Below are positions 8,571 to 18,987 of a stretch of DNA of 46,623 nucleotides, piece by piece. The translations under genes were made by a program, and so were the position numbers. The stretch lies in the sequence record SRR16203515_2548, one strand, 5' to 3'. The number at the start of each line of letters is the position of its first letter. The first letter of the stretch is position 1. Below the pieces are notes generated by a model that was given only the letters and a program-made list of their open reading frames with translations, ran no database searches and was not told the origin of the DNA.

Positions 8571-9338
8571 GATTACATAGCGTCCAATAAATTGGGCGCT
8601 AGCTTCTTCACTATCACCTTGATGCATGTTCACTTTAAGTTCAATGCGGTATTTATTACCGTGTTCGAGTACTGAAAAGTCAGTTAATGATATCGCTTCT
8701 TCAACAACACCTCGTGGTGACTCAGTAATGGGTTTTCGATACTTAATATCACCAGATGCTAAAACAATAGAACCCTTGACACCCGCCTGTTGAGCGCGTA
8801 AATGAATTAAGCCCCAGCCAGTTAAAACCGCTTGTGAATATATGGCACCAGCAAACATACTTTGATGCACATTAATGCTTTTTTCCATATCGGCGCAGGT
8901 TTCAACACGCGATGCATCATTAAAGGTAATATCTAATCCTAAGAATTCTGTAACCGGAATACCCTGATGCCAAGTCTCTACCAATCGTTGTCTTGCTGCT
9001 GGCAACAACAAACAGTAATCGCCATTACCAAGCTTTTCAAAGCCAAGCGATTGCCAAAAACCAAAGTCGCCATGACTAGTGAGCCGCTCCACATTGCTAG
9101 CTTTAGCTGATTCAATCAAACGCGTAACAATTTGTTTTCCTAATCCTTGTCCTCGATGCTCAAGTGCTACCACTACATCCACGTGAGCTACATTACCGTC
9201 GTCATTTAATAATCCAGCTCCCAGTATATGATCCCCCTCAGATGCCACCATATAGTCTTGCTGACGCAACTCATAATTGGCCATAAATTGACACAATCTC
9301 AAGTTATCACAAGGCAGTACATTCCAGTTTATTTTCAT
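8562..9338 (-). CDS. yiiD: YiiD/FabY-like GNAT + hotdog (thioesterase-fold) fusion
   Basis: HRGQGLG acetyl-CoA motif, then INVHQSMFAGAIYS..LTGWG hotdog motif; downstream of dtd as in E. coli. Confidence 0.8.
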   Translation of the reverse strand: MKINWNVLPCDNLRLCQFMANYELRQQDYMVASEGDHILGAGLLNDDGNVAHVDVVVALEHRGQGLGKQIVTRLIESAKASNVERLTSHGDFGFWQSLGFEKLGNGDYCLLLPAARQRLVETWHQGIPVTEFLGLDITFNDASRVETCADMEKSINVHQSMFAGAIYSQAVLTGWGLIHLRAQQAGVKGSIVLASGDIKYRKPITESPRGVVEEAISLTDFSVLEHGNKYRIELKVNMHQGDSEEASAQFIGRYVILP

Positions 9339-9342
9339 TAAA

Positions 9343-9780
9343 TTAGACCTTTAGAGAAAAAGTTACAGGTCCGTCGTTAACTAAAGAAACCTGCATATCA
9401 GCACCAAACTCTCCAGTTTGAGTAGCAAAGTTCATTGCTTTACTCTGTGCCACAAAATATTCATATAACGATTTAGCATCACTTGGCGTCGCGGCAGCAG
9501 AAAAACCAGGTCGTAACCCTTTGCTCGTGTCTGCAGCTAAAGTGAATTGAGATACTACCAGTAGCTCTCCACCGATATCTTTAAGACTTAAATTCATCTT
9601 ATCTTCTGCATCGCTAAAAACACGGTAGCTCACTACTTTTTTTAATAATTTATCAGCTAGCGCAGTGGTGTCATCTCTTTCTACCCCCAATAACACCAAT
9701 AAACCTTGTTTAATTTCACCAATCGATTGATTATCGACTTCTACCTTTGCTTGTTTTACTCGTTGAATTAGCGCAATCAT
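9343..9780 (-). CDS. dtd: D-aminoacyl-tRNA deacylase
   Basis: [29 protein letters not shown]. Confidence 0.97.
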   Translation of the reverse strand: MIALIQRVKQAKVEVDNQSIGEIKQGLLVLLGVERDDTTALADKLLKKVVSYRVFSDAEDKMNLSLKDIGGELLVVSQFTLAADTSKGLRPGFSAAATPSDAKSLYEYFVAQSKAMNFATQTGEFGADMQVSLVNDGPVTFSLKV

Positions 9781-9788
9781 ATTACTAC

Positions 9789-10754
9789 TTAAACTCTCTT
9801 ACTTAGCCAGTTTGCCATATTATTAGAACCTTGAATCAGTGCATCGATAACACCAATTTCACTACTAGAATGTCCAGCGCCGGGTACGATTTGTAACTGA
9901 CAATTAGGCCATTGTTGTGCCAGCATCTGTGACCCTTCCAATTTGCACACCATGTCATAACGACCATGAATTAAAATGCAGTTTAGATGCTTTATTTTAT
10001 CTATATTATCAATAATATGATTGTCAGGCATAAAGCATTTATTTTTATAGAAGTAACTTTCGATGCGCGCTAATGCAAGTGATTTCTTGCCAAGTCCAAA
10101 GCGTTCTTTCGCTACTTTAGGCGGAACTAAATGAGACAAACTACCTTTCCAAATTGACCATTGCTGTGCGGCCGCTAATTGCTCAAATTCACTGGAGCTT
10201 GCAAATACATCGCAATACGCTTGTACCGGATCTGTTATTTGAACTGGGGTTAGTCGTTCGCAAAAGTCATTATAATGATCTGGAAAAATTTGAGCAGCCC
10301 CACCATTAGGTGAAAAGCGCCATTGTATGTCTTGTCGACGGCCTAGAAATGGGCTGCGTAGAATAAAACCCAAAACATATTTTGCATACCTAAAGCCATA
10401 CCTCAAGCCAAGTTGTGCCCCCCAGGAACCACCACAAACCAGCCACTTGTCTATTCCTAATAATTGACGAATAGAGTCAATATCATCGATTAGTGCTTGT
10501 GCATTATTATCTCGTAGCTCGCCATACGGCGTTGATTGGCCACAACCACGCTGATCAAAAGTTACCATGTGATAATGTTTAGGATCAAAGAATTGCGTCA
10601 AACGAGGACTTCTCCCACCGCCGGGACCACCATGTAATATAACCACAGGGATCCCGTTGGGGTTACCGTATTGCGCAATACTCAATGTATGGATAGCACT
10701 AACCGATAATCTCTGTGCCTTAAACGGTTTAATCTCCGGAAATAACACGTTCAT
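9789..10754 (-). CDS. pip: Proline iminopeptidase (S33 family)
   Basis: HGGPGGG, FDQRGCG, GGSWG nucleophile, GRYD, AGHS. Confidence 0.9.
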   Translation of the reverse strand: MNVLFPEIKPFKAQRLSVSAIHTLSIAQYGNPNGIPVVILHGGPGGGRSPRLTQFFDPKHYHMVTFDQRGCGQSTPYGELRDNNAQALIDDIDSIRQLLGIDKWLVCGGSWGAQLGLRYGFRYAKYVLGFILRSPFLGRRQDIQWRFSPNGGAAQIFPDHYNDFCERLTPVQITDPVQAYCDVFASSSEFEQLAAAQQWSIWKGSLSHLVPPKVAKERFGLGKKSLALARIESYFYKNKCFMPDNHIIDNIDKIKHLNCILIHGRYDMVCKLEGSQMLAQQWPNCQLQIVPGAGHSSSEIGVIDALIQGSNNMANWLSKRV

Positions 10755-11643
10755 CTGTTAACCCCTCATTAGGTTTATCTACTAGCTTATCTGTATCTTT
10801 AGGCGCATAAAACTCAGGTAATCCCGCGGTAATTTCAGCGCCAATAAGAACGACAATCCAAGATAAATAGACCCACACGAATAAGATAGGAATTGCAGCC
10901 AAAGCACCATAAATAGCTTGGTATGAAGGAAAGTTACTAATATATATAGCAAATCCTTTCTTGGTTAACTCAAATAATATCGCAGCGATAACTGCGCCAA
11001 TAAGCGCATCTCTCACCTTAACGCGAACATTCGGCACCATCAGATACATCATTAAGAATGCTAATACAGAGAAAAATAACGGGAGCCAGCGTAAAAAGAA
11101 TTCCATGATACCGCTGAAAACACCTTCTTGCAGTCCGCCTAGAGAAATCACATACGAACTAATCGCAATGCTAGCGCCAACAAATAAAGGTCCTAAAGTT
11201 ATTACCATCCAATAAATAGAAAAAGAGATGATTAATGGACGTTTCTTAGGGCTTTTCCAAATTTGATTAAGTACTTTATCAATATTAGAAATCAGCATTA
11301 ACGCAAAAATAACTAATGCGCCGATGCCAATCGCACCACCTTTCGACGCATTATCAACAAACTCGCCAATCGTTTGCTGCACAACATCACCAGACGCTGG
11401 AATGAAATTGCCATACACATAATTTTCGATTTGAGTCCGCATCGATTTAAATACTGGAAACGCCGATAAAACTGAAAATATCACCGTGACCAATGGTACT
11501 ATAGACAACAGTGACACATACGCGAGGTAGCCAGCTACCATGCGTAATCTATTTTGTTTTGCACGATAAAAAACATGTACCACTAATGCCGGAATAGTAG
11601 CGATGATGGATTTGATATTTTCGACTGAAAATCTATTTTTCAC
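10729..11643 (-). CDS. yihY: YihY/BrkB family inner membrane protein
   Basis: AGYLAYVSLLSIVP, YQAIYGALAAIPILFVWVYLSW. Start moved to GTG 11643, which follows AAGG. Confidence 0.9.
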   Translation of the reverse strand: MKNRFSVENIKSIIATIPALVVHVFYRAKQNRLRMVAGYLAYVSLLSIVPLVTVIFSVLSAFPVFKSMRTQIENYVYGNFIPASGDVVQQTIGEFVDNASKGGAIGIGALVIFALMLISNIDKVLNQIWKSPKKRPLIISFSIYWMVITLGPLFVGASIAISSYVISLGGLQEGVFSGIMEFFLRWLPLFFSVLAFLMMYLMVPNVRVKVRDALIGAVIAAILFELTKKGFAIYISNFPSYQAIYGALAAIPILFVWVYLSWIVVLIGAEITAGLPEFYAPKDTDKLVDKPNEGLTDERVISGD

Positions 11644-11735
11644 TTGGCAGACCTTTGCACAACGATGTATAGATACAATAATAACCAAACCACTTGAAAT
11701 TGCACGATTTCAAATAGATTGATAAGGATATAGTA

Positions 11736-12374
11736 ATGAAAAGAAACTTTTTATTTGCCCTAACACTTGTTGCCTTAGTCGGTTGTCAAAGCGCTTATTA
11801 CGGCGCGATGGAAAAAGTCGGCATTCACAAGCGTGATATTTTAGTCGATCGCGTAGAAGACACACGTGATGCACAAAACGAAGCTCAGCAGCAATTTAAT
11901 TCTGCATTAGAAGAATTGTCAGCACTCATTAATTTTAATGGTGGCGAACTAGAAACTATCTATAACAATCTTAACGATCAATACGTTGCTAGTACAGAGG
12001 CCAAAGAACTCGTATCAAAACGTATCGACAATGTTGAATCGGTTGCCCAAGCACTATTTAGTGAGTGGGAAGATGAAATAGACCAATATAGCAATGCAAC
12101 GTTTAAACGAAACAGTTCTAAACAACTAAGTGATACCAAGCGACTATACGCTCGAATGTTACGTAGTATGCATCAATCAGAAAAGAAAATGGACCCCGTG
12201 TTAGCGGCATTAAATGATAATGTTCTTTATTTGAAACACAATTTAAACGCCAATGCGGTAAATGCAATAGAAGTTGAATTTAAGCAATTAAAACAAGAGA
12301 TTGCGACTTTGATTAAAGAAGTTAATCAATCGATTGCCGAATCTAATAAGTTTATTGAAACACTCTCTAAATAA
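11736..12374 (+). CDS. DUF2959-family lipoprotein
   Basis: Lipobox LVGC, YYGAMEKVGIHKRDILVDRVE, LYLKHNLNA. Confidence 0.85.
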   Translation: MKRNFLFALTLVALVGCQSAYYGAMEKVGIHKRDILVDRVEDTRDAQNEAQQQFNSALEELSALINFNGGELETIYNNLNDQYVASTEAKELVSKRIDNVESVAQALFSEWEDEIDQYSNATFKRNSSKQLSDTKRLYARMLRSMHQSEKKMDPVLAALNDNVLYLKHNLNANAVNAIEVEFKQLKQEIATLIKEVNQSIAESNKFIETLSK

Positions 12375-12388
12375 TCTTGAAATGACTT

Positions 12389-13144
12389 TTATCGACCACC
12401 GGCAAGGTCGATAAAAGTGCCCGTTGCATATGACGCATCATCAGATAATAACCATGCGATAGCATTAGCCACTTCTTCTGGCTGCCCACCACGTTGCATC
12501 GGAATTAATGGTGCAAGTCTATCTACTCGACCTGCTTCACCACCATCAGCGTGCATATCAGTATAAATGCAACCTGGCCGAACGCTATTGACTCGAATAC
12601 CGTCAGCAGCAACCTCTAATGATAACCCTTTCGTCATACTATCCATTGCGCCTTTAGAGGCTGCATAATCGACGTATTCATTTGGTGCGCCAGTATATGA
12701 AGCAGCAGAGCTAACATTCACTATCGCGCCGCCTTGACCACCTAGCGCTGTCGACATTCTTTTTACTGCCTCACGAGCACATAAAAAACTGCCTGTGACA
12801 TTAGTTTGCAAAACCTCATTGATTCGCTCAGCCGTTAGGTCTTGCAATCGGCATTGTTGCTTTAGAATGCCTGCGTTATTAACTAATGCTGTGATGGTTC
12901 CTAAATGCTCATCAATAAATTCAAATAGCCCAATAACATCAGATTCGATTGCAACATCAGCCTGTTTAATAACCACGTGTTCGCATATAGCTAATAACTC
13001 ATGTTGTAATTCACATGCTGCTTGATGGTTGTCGCGATAATTAATACAAATGCGGTAACCTTGATGCGCCAATAGTCGGGCTGTCGCGGCGCCAATGCCG
13101 CGACTAGCGCCTGTAATCAATGCAACTTTAACAGACGAACTCAT
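12389..13144 (-). CDS. Short-chain dehydrogenase/reductase (YgfF-like)
   Basis: TGASRGIG, NNAG, YAASK, ends DLAGGR. Confidence 0.9.
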   Translation of the reverse strand: MSSSVKVALITGASRGIGAATARLLAHQGYRICINYRDNHQAACELQHELLAICEHVVIKQADVAIESDVIGLFEFIDEHLGTITALVNNAGILKQQCRLQDLTAERINEVLQTNVTGSFLCAREAVKRMSTALGGQGGAIVNVSSAASYTGAPNEYVDYAASKGAMDSMTKGLSLEVAADGIRVNSVRPGCIYTDMHADGGEAGRVDRLAPLIPMQRGGQPEEVANAIAWLLSDDASYATGTFIDLAGGR

Positions 13145-13594
13145 TTATGACTGCGCCTTACGAATAATAGTATCAAGGTGATTCGCGAAATTTTGGCGAT
13201 CAGTTTGACTTAACGGGGCTTGGCCCCCCGTATGAACACCACTAGCACGCATGGTATCCATGAAGTCACGAATATTTAATCTCGCTTTAATATTAGCCTT
13301 AGTATAAAGCTCACCACGCGGACTCAATGCCTTAGCTTTCTTAGTGATAACTTCATCAGCTAGTGGAATATCACTGGTAATCACTAAATCGTTAGGTTCA
13401 ACCTGTTTAACGATTTCATCATCAGCGACATCGAACCCACTCAGCACGGTTTGCGTTTTAATATAAGGGGAAGGTGGCGTTGTCAGCGCATGATTAGCAA
13501 CCAACGTCATGGAGATTTTGGCGCGATGAGCCGCGCGATATAAGATTTCTTTAATAACAACAGGACAAGCGTCGGCGTCGACCCAAATATTCAT
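13145..13594 (-). CDS. yaiI: YaiI/YqxD (UPF0178) protein
   Basis: [25 protein letters not shown]. Confidence 0.93.
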   Translation of the reverse strand: MNIWVDADACPVVIKEILYRAAHRAKISMTLVANHALTTPPSPYIKTQTVLSGFDVADDEIVKQVEPNDLVITSDIPLADEVITKKAKALSPRGELYTKANIKARLNIRDFMDTMRASGVHTGGQAPLSQTDRQNFANHLDTIIRKAQS

Positions 13595-13640
13595 AACAAT
13601 TCAATAAGCTCAAACTAATAATGGGCTTACTCTAGCGCTA

Positions 13641-14597
13641 TCACTCACCAATTGATAGCGCAGAATTAAACTGACGCACAGTAAAATTTTCGGAAAACTG
13701 TTGATAAACACCTTGCCATTGCGCCAAGGGTTTATTAGTTAATATGCAAACCCGTTGATTATCTTTTAATAAGCGTTCAATCTGAATTAGCCTATCGTTT
13801 TGATTTATTTTAGAAATATTCGCATCTCTTCGAATAAGTTCGATAATTTGACCATCAATATTTTCATCAACTAGTGCAATATCAGACTGCTGCATATGAC
13901 GCAAAGCCGCCAGTGATAACATCTGTGCATCAGAGGTTGTTTGGATTATATAAAGCTCACCGTCTACACCTTCGACTTGTTGTTCTTTATTCAACAAGCG
14001 CCCGAATAAACCGCTTAATTTTGAAACATCATCACTGTCACCCGCCGAAAAAAAACGCTCCCAAAAGCGACGTCGTTGATTTCCATCACTAAAGCTATCC
14101 TTTACAACTTGGCGCTTGCTACCAGAGAAGCTTGCTACTTTACCTAATGCCAAAGGAATAATACTTTCTAATCGCTCACGCCAATAACGCACTAGTACTG
14201 GTGCGGCTCCTTCACTGCTTATCGCAAAAACCATCGGCGAGCGGTCGATAATAGACGGGGTAATGAAATGACATAGCGCTTGTGAGTCAACAACGTTAGC
14301 AAAAATGTTACGTGCTTTGGCCTGCGCACTAATTTGCGCATTTAGTTCATTGTTAGCGGTTGCAACAAAAACTAACTGACGACTTTCGAGCATAGACTCA
14401 CGATAATGCTCGTTGATATGCTCAACACGTCCAACATCCACAAACTCTTGAATTTCTTGAGATAAGTCAGGAAATACCACAGTTACACTGGCATTACTTT
14501 TAAGCAACAACTCTATTTTTCGGGTGGCGACTTCGCCGCCGCCAACCACTAAAACATTAAGCTGCTGTGTATCGACAAAAATCGGAAAGTACTGCAT
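13641..14597 (-). CDS. cysG: Precorrin-2 dehydrogenase/sirohydrochlorin ferrochelatase (CysG N-terminal module) with vestigial methyltransferase segment
   Basis: MQYFPIF, VVGGGEVA.RK, NVVD, PSIIDRSP, SSEGAAPVL; 318 aa. Confidence 0.88.
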   Translation of the reverse strand: MQYFPIFVDTQQLNVLVVGGGEVATRKIELLLKSNASVTVVFPDLSQEIQEFVDVGRVEHINEHYRESMLESRQLVFVATANNELNAQISAQAKARNIFANVVDSQALCHFITPSIIDRSPMVFAISSEGAAPVLVRYWRERLESIIPLALGKVASFSGSKRQVVKDSFSDGNQRRRFWERFFSAGDSDDVSKLSGLFGRLLNKEQQVEGVDGELYIIQTTSDAQMLSLAALRHMQQSDIALVDENIDGQIIELIRRDANISKINQNDRLIQIERLLKDNQRVCILTNKPLAQWQGVYQQFSENFTVRQFNSALSIGE

Positions 14598-15408
14598 CTT
14601 CAGACTCTATGGCTTGAAAGTAGCCGTTATTATTTAAGTGTTGTTCTTCAAACTGATTAACCACATGACCAATAATAATTAGTGATGGTGGTTTTATATC
14701 GTGTTGTTTAACTAATTCAGGTAATGAAGTTAAGGTTCCGCGAATCGTTTTTTGTTCTGGGCGCGTACCCTTCTCAATGATTGCTGCTGGTGTGTCAGGA
14801 CTACGACCATGAGCAATCAACTGCTGCTTGATTGTTTCTAATGTATTAATGCCCATATAAAAAACAATAGTTTGAGAGTCAACACTCAGGGCTGGCCACG
14901 GTAAATCCAAGCGCCCTTCGGTCTGCAGATGCCCAGTAATAAAACTACAGCCCTGTGCAACACCGCGATGAGTTAGAGGGATGCCCGCATAAGCAGCACA
15001 GGATGAAGCAGCAGTCATTCCAGGTGCGACATGACAACTTACCCCTTGAGCTAGTAAATGAAGTGCTTCTTCACCGCCACGGCCAAATATAAATGGATCG
15101 CCACCTTTAAGACGCAATACACGCTTACCTAACTTGGCTTGCTCTGCTAGTAGTTCATTAATTTTGTCTTGAGTTAAACGATGATCGGCTTGTTTTTTAC
15201 CAACATAAATTAATTCACAGTCATCACTCAGTAACGACATAATTTCCGGACTCACTAAACGATCATAAACAGCAACATCAGCTTGTTCAATAAAGCGTAA
15301 CGCTTTAATTGTTAACAACTCGGGATCACCCGGGCCCGCCCCAACCAAAGCAACTTCACCTTCAGCGAACACACTTTTACTTGCTATCTGTTGAATTAAT
15401 TTACTCAT
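14557..15408 (-). CDS. cobA: Uroporphyrinogen-III C-methyltransferase
   Basis: LVGAGPGDPELLT, RLKGGDPFIFGRGGEE, GIPLTHR. Confidence 0.95.
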   Translation of the reverse strand: MSKLIQQIASKSVFAEGEVALVGAGPGDPELLTIKALRFIEQADVAVYDRLVSPEIMSLLSDDCELIYVGKKQADHRLTQDKINELLAEQAKLGKRVLRLKGGDPFIFGRGGEEALHLLAQGVSCHVAPGMTAASSCAAYAGIPLTHRGVAQGCSFITGHLQTEGRLDLPWPALSVDSQTIVFYMGINTLETIKQQLIAHGRSPDTPAAIIEKGTRPEQKTIRGTLTSLPELVKQHDIKPPSLIIIGHVVNQFEEQHLNNNGYFQAIESEDAVLSDFCRYTAA

Positions 15409-15509
15409 TGATTATTACCCGATCATCGTAATACCAACAAAGATATACCCACATGGAATAACAAACAACGATTTTTAATTTATTAGTTATAACAAAGTAC
15501 AACAAAGCT

Positions 15510-15533
15510 AAAAAAACCGCTAAGTTAGCGGTT
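15510..15533 (-). terminator. Intrinsic terminator after smg
   Basis: AACCGCTAA-G-TTAGCGGTT inverted repeat running into a U-tract on the minus strand. Confidence 0.8.
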
Positions 15534-15556
15534 CTTATATTTAAGATGATTACTGC

Positions 15557-16030
15557 TTAATGCATGGTGCCACCACCTTCATCAAACATTAGCCCTTCTA
15601 ATTGAGTAAAAGCAGCTTGTTGATCAGGTAGATTAAATAACACCATTAATACGACCCACTTAAGATCGTCAACTGAAAAGGATTTACTTTCAATCTGTGT
15701 GGCACGCTCAATAACCATTTCACGAGTTTCAGGACTTAACACACCAATACTTTCAAGAAAATACAAAAAACCACGACATTCTTTGTCTAATTGCACACAT
15801 TCGTTGGTAGTAAATACACGAACCGACTGTAAAGGTTGTTGTGATAGTGCAGAATAATCAAGACTGTTTTGCATATCCGCCAACCCCTCAATCCAAGCCA
15901 GTGCTTTAAACACGGCGTCTTTTTGAAAGCCAGCTTCTGATAACTCATCAGTCAGGATTTTGTTTTCCATCATCACGTCCATCTCACTATGATTATAGTT
16001 TTCAAATAAATACATAAGACATTCAAACAT
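15557..16030 (-). CDS. smg: Smg (DUF494) protein
   Basis: MF..LMYLFENY, ETREMVIER, LKWVVLMVLFN; TAATG overlap with dprA. Confidence 0.95.
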   Translation of the reverse strand: MFECLMYLFENYNHSEMDVMMENKILTDELSEAGFQKDAVFKALAWIEGLADMQNSLDYSALSQQPLQSVRVFTTNECVQLDKECRGFLYFLESIGVLSPETREMVIERATQIESKSFSVDDLKWVVLMVLFNLPDQQAAFTQLEGLMFDEGGGTMH

Positions 16031-17142
16031 TAAGTTGCCCCCTTAATACGAATATAACCACCAGGTTGAGAACTAACTTGGCCGGACAATTCAAGCATCA
16101 AAAGGCGCTCTAGCACATGTTCAACAGTTAAATTACACCGCTGCGCAATGACGTCAACTGCCGTTGTATCAAAACCTACATTAATTAATATAGGATCAAC
16201 AGAAGATTCGGATTCTGAACATGTGTGAATGTTGTCTTGTGAGCCTCTCTCAGTATTTTCTATATCTCGCACGAGGTTATAGTGAGTAAGCTCTTCTAAA
16301 ATATCGGCCACACTAGTGATAAGTTTAGCTCCTTGAGTAATTAATTTGTGGCAGCCTGCCACTTTCGGGTTGTTAACAGAGCCTGGTACAGCAAAGACTT
16401 CTCTATTTTGCTCGACCGCAAGGCGGGCTGTGATAAGCGAACCGCTTTTGTCAGCGGCTTCAACTACAACAACACCAAGCGACAAGCCACTGACTATACG
16501 ATTGCGTCTTGGAAATTGAGAAGCTTTTGGTGTTATATCTGGCCAAAACTCCGATACTAATAACCCATGGTTGAGGATCTCAGAGGCTAAGCCCAGATTA
16601 GATTTTGGATAAATGGTATTTAAACCACATCCCATTACCGCAATAGTTGCCCCATGCGCATTAAGCGCTCCACGATGAGCACAACTATCAATTCCCGCAG
16701 CTAACCCACTAGTAACACAAATACCATGAACAGCTAAATCATGAGCGATACGCTTTGCCGTTTCTTTACCAGATATTGTTGCCGCGCGACTACCAACCAT
16801 AGCTACTTGTGGTGCATGCAGTAGTCCGACATTACCTTGGCAAAACAGTAATAGAGGTGGTGAAGAGACTTCTTTAAGCAATGACGGGTAATTTTCATCA
16901 AAGTAACTCACGACAAAACGATTTGGTTGCTGTGTTAACCATAATTCTACAGCGGCTATTTTGTCACTTGGCGGATTTTGAATTAATGAAATTTGAGACG
17001 CGTTAAATCCAAGCTCTTTTAGTTGAAGGCTTGTTAATTCGAATAACTGGAAAGCATCTAACCCACTTAATCGCTGCAATAGGCGATACACACCCAATTG
17101 CGGCAATAGATCTAACGTGAGAACCTGATGTAGACGTTGCAT
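16030..17142 (-). CDS. dprA: DNA-processing protein DprA (Smf)
   Basis: VGSR, SGLAAGID, FPRRNRIVSGLS, SGSLITA, REVFAVPG. Confidence 0.97.
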   Translation of the reverse strand: MQRLHQVLTLDLLPQLGVYRLLQRLSGLDAFQLFELTSLQLKELGFNASQISLIQNPPSDKIAAVELWLTQQPNRFVVSYFDENYPSLLKEVSSPPLLLFCQGNVGLLHAPQVAMVGSRAATISGKETAKRIAHDLAVHGICVTSGLAAGIDSCAHRGALNAHGATIAVMGCGLNTIYPKSNLGLASEILNHGLLVSEFWPDITPKASQFPRRNRIVSGLSLGVVVVEAADKSGSLITARLAVEQNREVFAVPGSVNNPKVAGCHKLITQGAKLITSVADILEELTHYNLVRDIENTERGSQDNIHTCSESESSVDPILINVGFDTTAVDVIAQRCNLTVEHVLERLLMLELSGQVSSQPGGYIRIKGAT

Positions 17143-17178
17143 TCATTCTCCTAATGACGCCTAAAAGGAGAATGAACA
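17140..17178 (-). promoter_or_regulatory. Hairpin occluding the dprA SD sequence and start codon
   Basis: Perfect 11-bp inverted repeat, 17142-17152 with 17166-17176. Confidence 0.65.
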
Positions 17179-17186
17179 ATTAATAC

Positions 17187-18263
17187 CTAAGGATTAATTA
17201 ACTCATCACCTAATCTAACAGGACGTTTAATATCGATAATTAAAGCATAGCTCAAATTTGAAAAGCTTCTGAAAACCATTATTTTGCCACGATACACATT
17301 GGGTAGTTTTTGTGTTTCGTCATCAACAAAATATGCCTTAATACGGTCATATGAACGAAAATTGTTAGGATCTCGTACTGAACCGTCAGAATCTACAAAT
17401 TGGATTTTACCCGGCTGGAAAACACTAAAGACATTACCTTGTTTGATACCTTGCTCGCTACCACCATCAATCACTACAACATCATTTAGACCAGACTCAC
17501 GGTACATTTTTGCTGAGCCGATAATTTCAGAGGCAACGTCATCAGACGCTGCTTCAGGTAAGAAATAAGCAGGCAGGTCTTCTGGAGGCAATGGCATAAC
17601 AACCGCACCGGTATTGACTTGTGATTTAACACTTTCCAATCGCAATTGACTAATATCAGCAGATTCAGTTGCCTCACCAGTTGCAATTAAATTCAGCTCT
17701 AAGCCTAACGTTTGATTCGTTTTAGGCGATGAAAAAACACGGCCTCTAGAATAGATACCGTATTTATCGCCTTTAACAAGTTTTTGATTCACAAAAACAA
17801 TATCGGTTTGTTTATAAAAAACAGTATCGCGTTCTGAACCAACTAATACAGCAAGCGCGTCGTACTCATCTAATGTTACGATTTGATGTTCGGTAAGGTG
17901 TTGCTTTATATCTGATAACGGAATTGTCGGTATAGGATCAATCTTTCGTGATTTACGACCATGGCGGGTCATTTTAAGGGCTGGTTTACCGCGCTCAATA
18001 ACAATACGTGGCTTTCCATCGACCATCACTAGATTCAATACATCACCAGGATAAATCCAATGGGGATCCGAAATTTGCTTATTCATGCCCCAAAGCTCAG
18101 GCCATCGCCACGGCGTTGATAAAAACTTACTAGAGATATCCCATAAAGTATCTCCTTTCACTACCACATAACGCTTAGGCGAATCAGATTTCACCTTTAA
18201 TTCATCTGCACTCACTTGATGAACTACCAAAGTAAGAATGCATAAAATCAACACTCGCCACAT
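17187..18263 (-). CDS. LysM peptidoglycan-binding protein (TsaP-like)
   Basis: Signal peptide, YVVVKGDTLWDIS..FL..PWRWPELW..N.QI.DPHWIYPGD; canonical position between def and dprA. Confidence 0.9.
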   Translation of the reverse strand: MWRVLILCILTLVVHQVSADELKVKSDSPKRYVVVKGDTLWDISSKFLSTPWRWPELWGMNKQISDPHWIYPGDVLNLVMVDGKPRIVIERGKPALKMTRHGRKSRKIDPIPTIPLSDIKQHLTEHQIVTLDEYDALAVLVGSERDTVFYKQTDIVFVNQKLVKGDKYGIYSRGRVFSSPKTNQTLGLELNLIATGEATESADISQLRLESVKSQVNTGAVVMPLPPEDLPAYFLPEAASDDVASEIIGSAKMYRESGLNDVVVIDGGSEQGIKQGNVFSVFQPGKIQFVDSDGSVRDPNNFRSYDRIKAYFVDDETQKLPNVYRGKIMVFRSFSNLSYALIIDIKRPVRLGDELINP

Positions 18264-18470
18264 AGCAAAATCCTTGCGTAAATCGTTCTAAAAAAGTTAA
18301 AAGTATCTTGATTTAATCAATCAAGGAATAATATTGCAACAATGATCTCAAAATCCAGCCACTTCAACCAGATAAAACTGTCAAAGCGCTGATGAAATGT
18401 TTAAAATAACAACATATCACAGATTCATAGCGGACCTACCATTAGATTGGTAGTTTGAACGAGAAAAATT

Positions 18471-18977
18471 ATGGCCATTCTTACAGTATTACAATTTCCA
18501 GACAAAAGATTACGCACAGTTGCAGAAACTGTTGCAGAAGTTACTAGCGAAACACGAAAAATTATCGATGACATGCTAGAAACGATGTACGACGAAAAAG
18601 GCGTCGGCTTAGCGGCTACTCAAGTTGATATTCACCAACGCATTGTTGTTATGGACTGCTCAGAAGATCAGGATACACCGATCATTATGGTTAACCCTGA
18701 AATCATCAAGCGTGAAGGTTCAATGATGAATGAAGAAGGTTGCTTATCTGTACCAGGCATTTACGCAAGTGTTGAACGAGCTGAAGCCGTAACTGTTAAA
18801 GCGCTAGATCGTGATGGTAAAGAATTCGAATTTGATGCAAGTGAATTATTAGCAATTTGTGTCCAGCACGAACTTGATCACTTACTTGGTAAAGTATTTG
18901 TAGATTATTTGTCTCCGCTAAAACGCCAACGCATTACCAAAAAATTAGAGAAAGAAGCTAAATTACTAGCAAAATAA
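18471..18977 (+). CDS. def: Peptide deformylase
   Basis: [18 protein letters not shown]. Confidence 0.98.
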   Translation: MAILTVLQFPDKRLRTVAETVAEVTSETRKIIDDMLETMYDEKGVGLAATQVDIHQRIVVMDCSEDQDTPIIMVNPEIIKREGSMMNEEGCLSVPGIYASVERAEAVTVKALDRDGKEFEFDASELLAICVQHELDHLLGKVFVDYLSPLKRQRITKKLEKEAKLLAK

Positions 18978-18987
18978 GGAAACTAGC

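Noticed and set aside
18308..18324. TTGAT...ATCAA as an FNR box
   Set aside because: Spacers are 3 or 7 bp, not 4.
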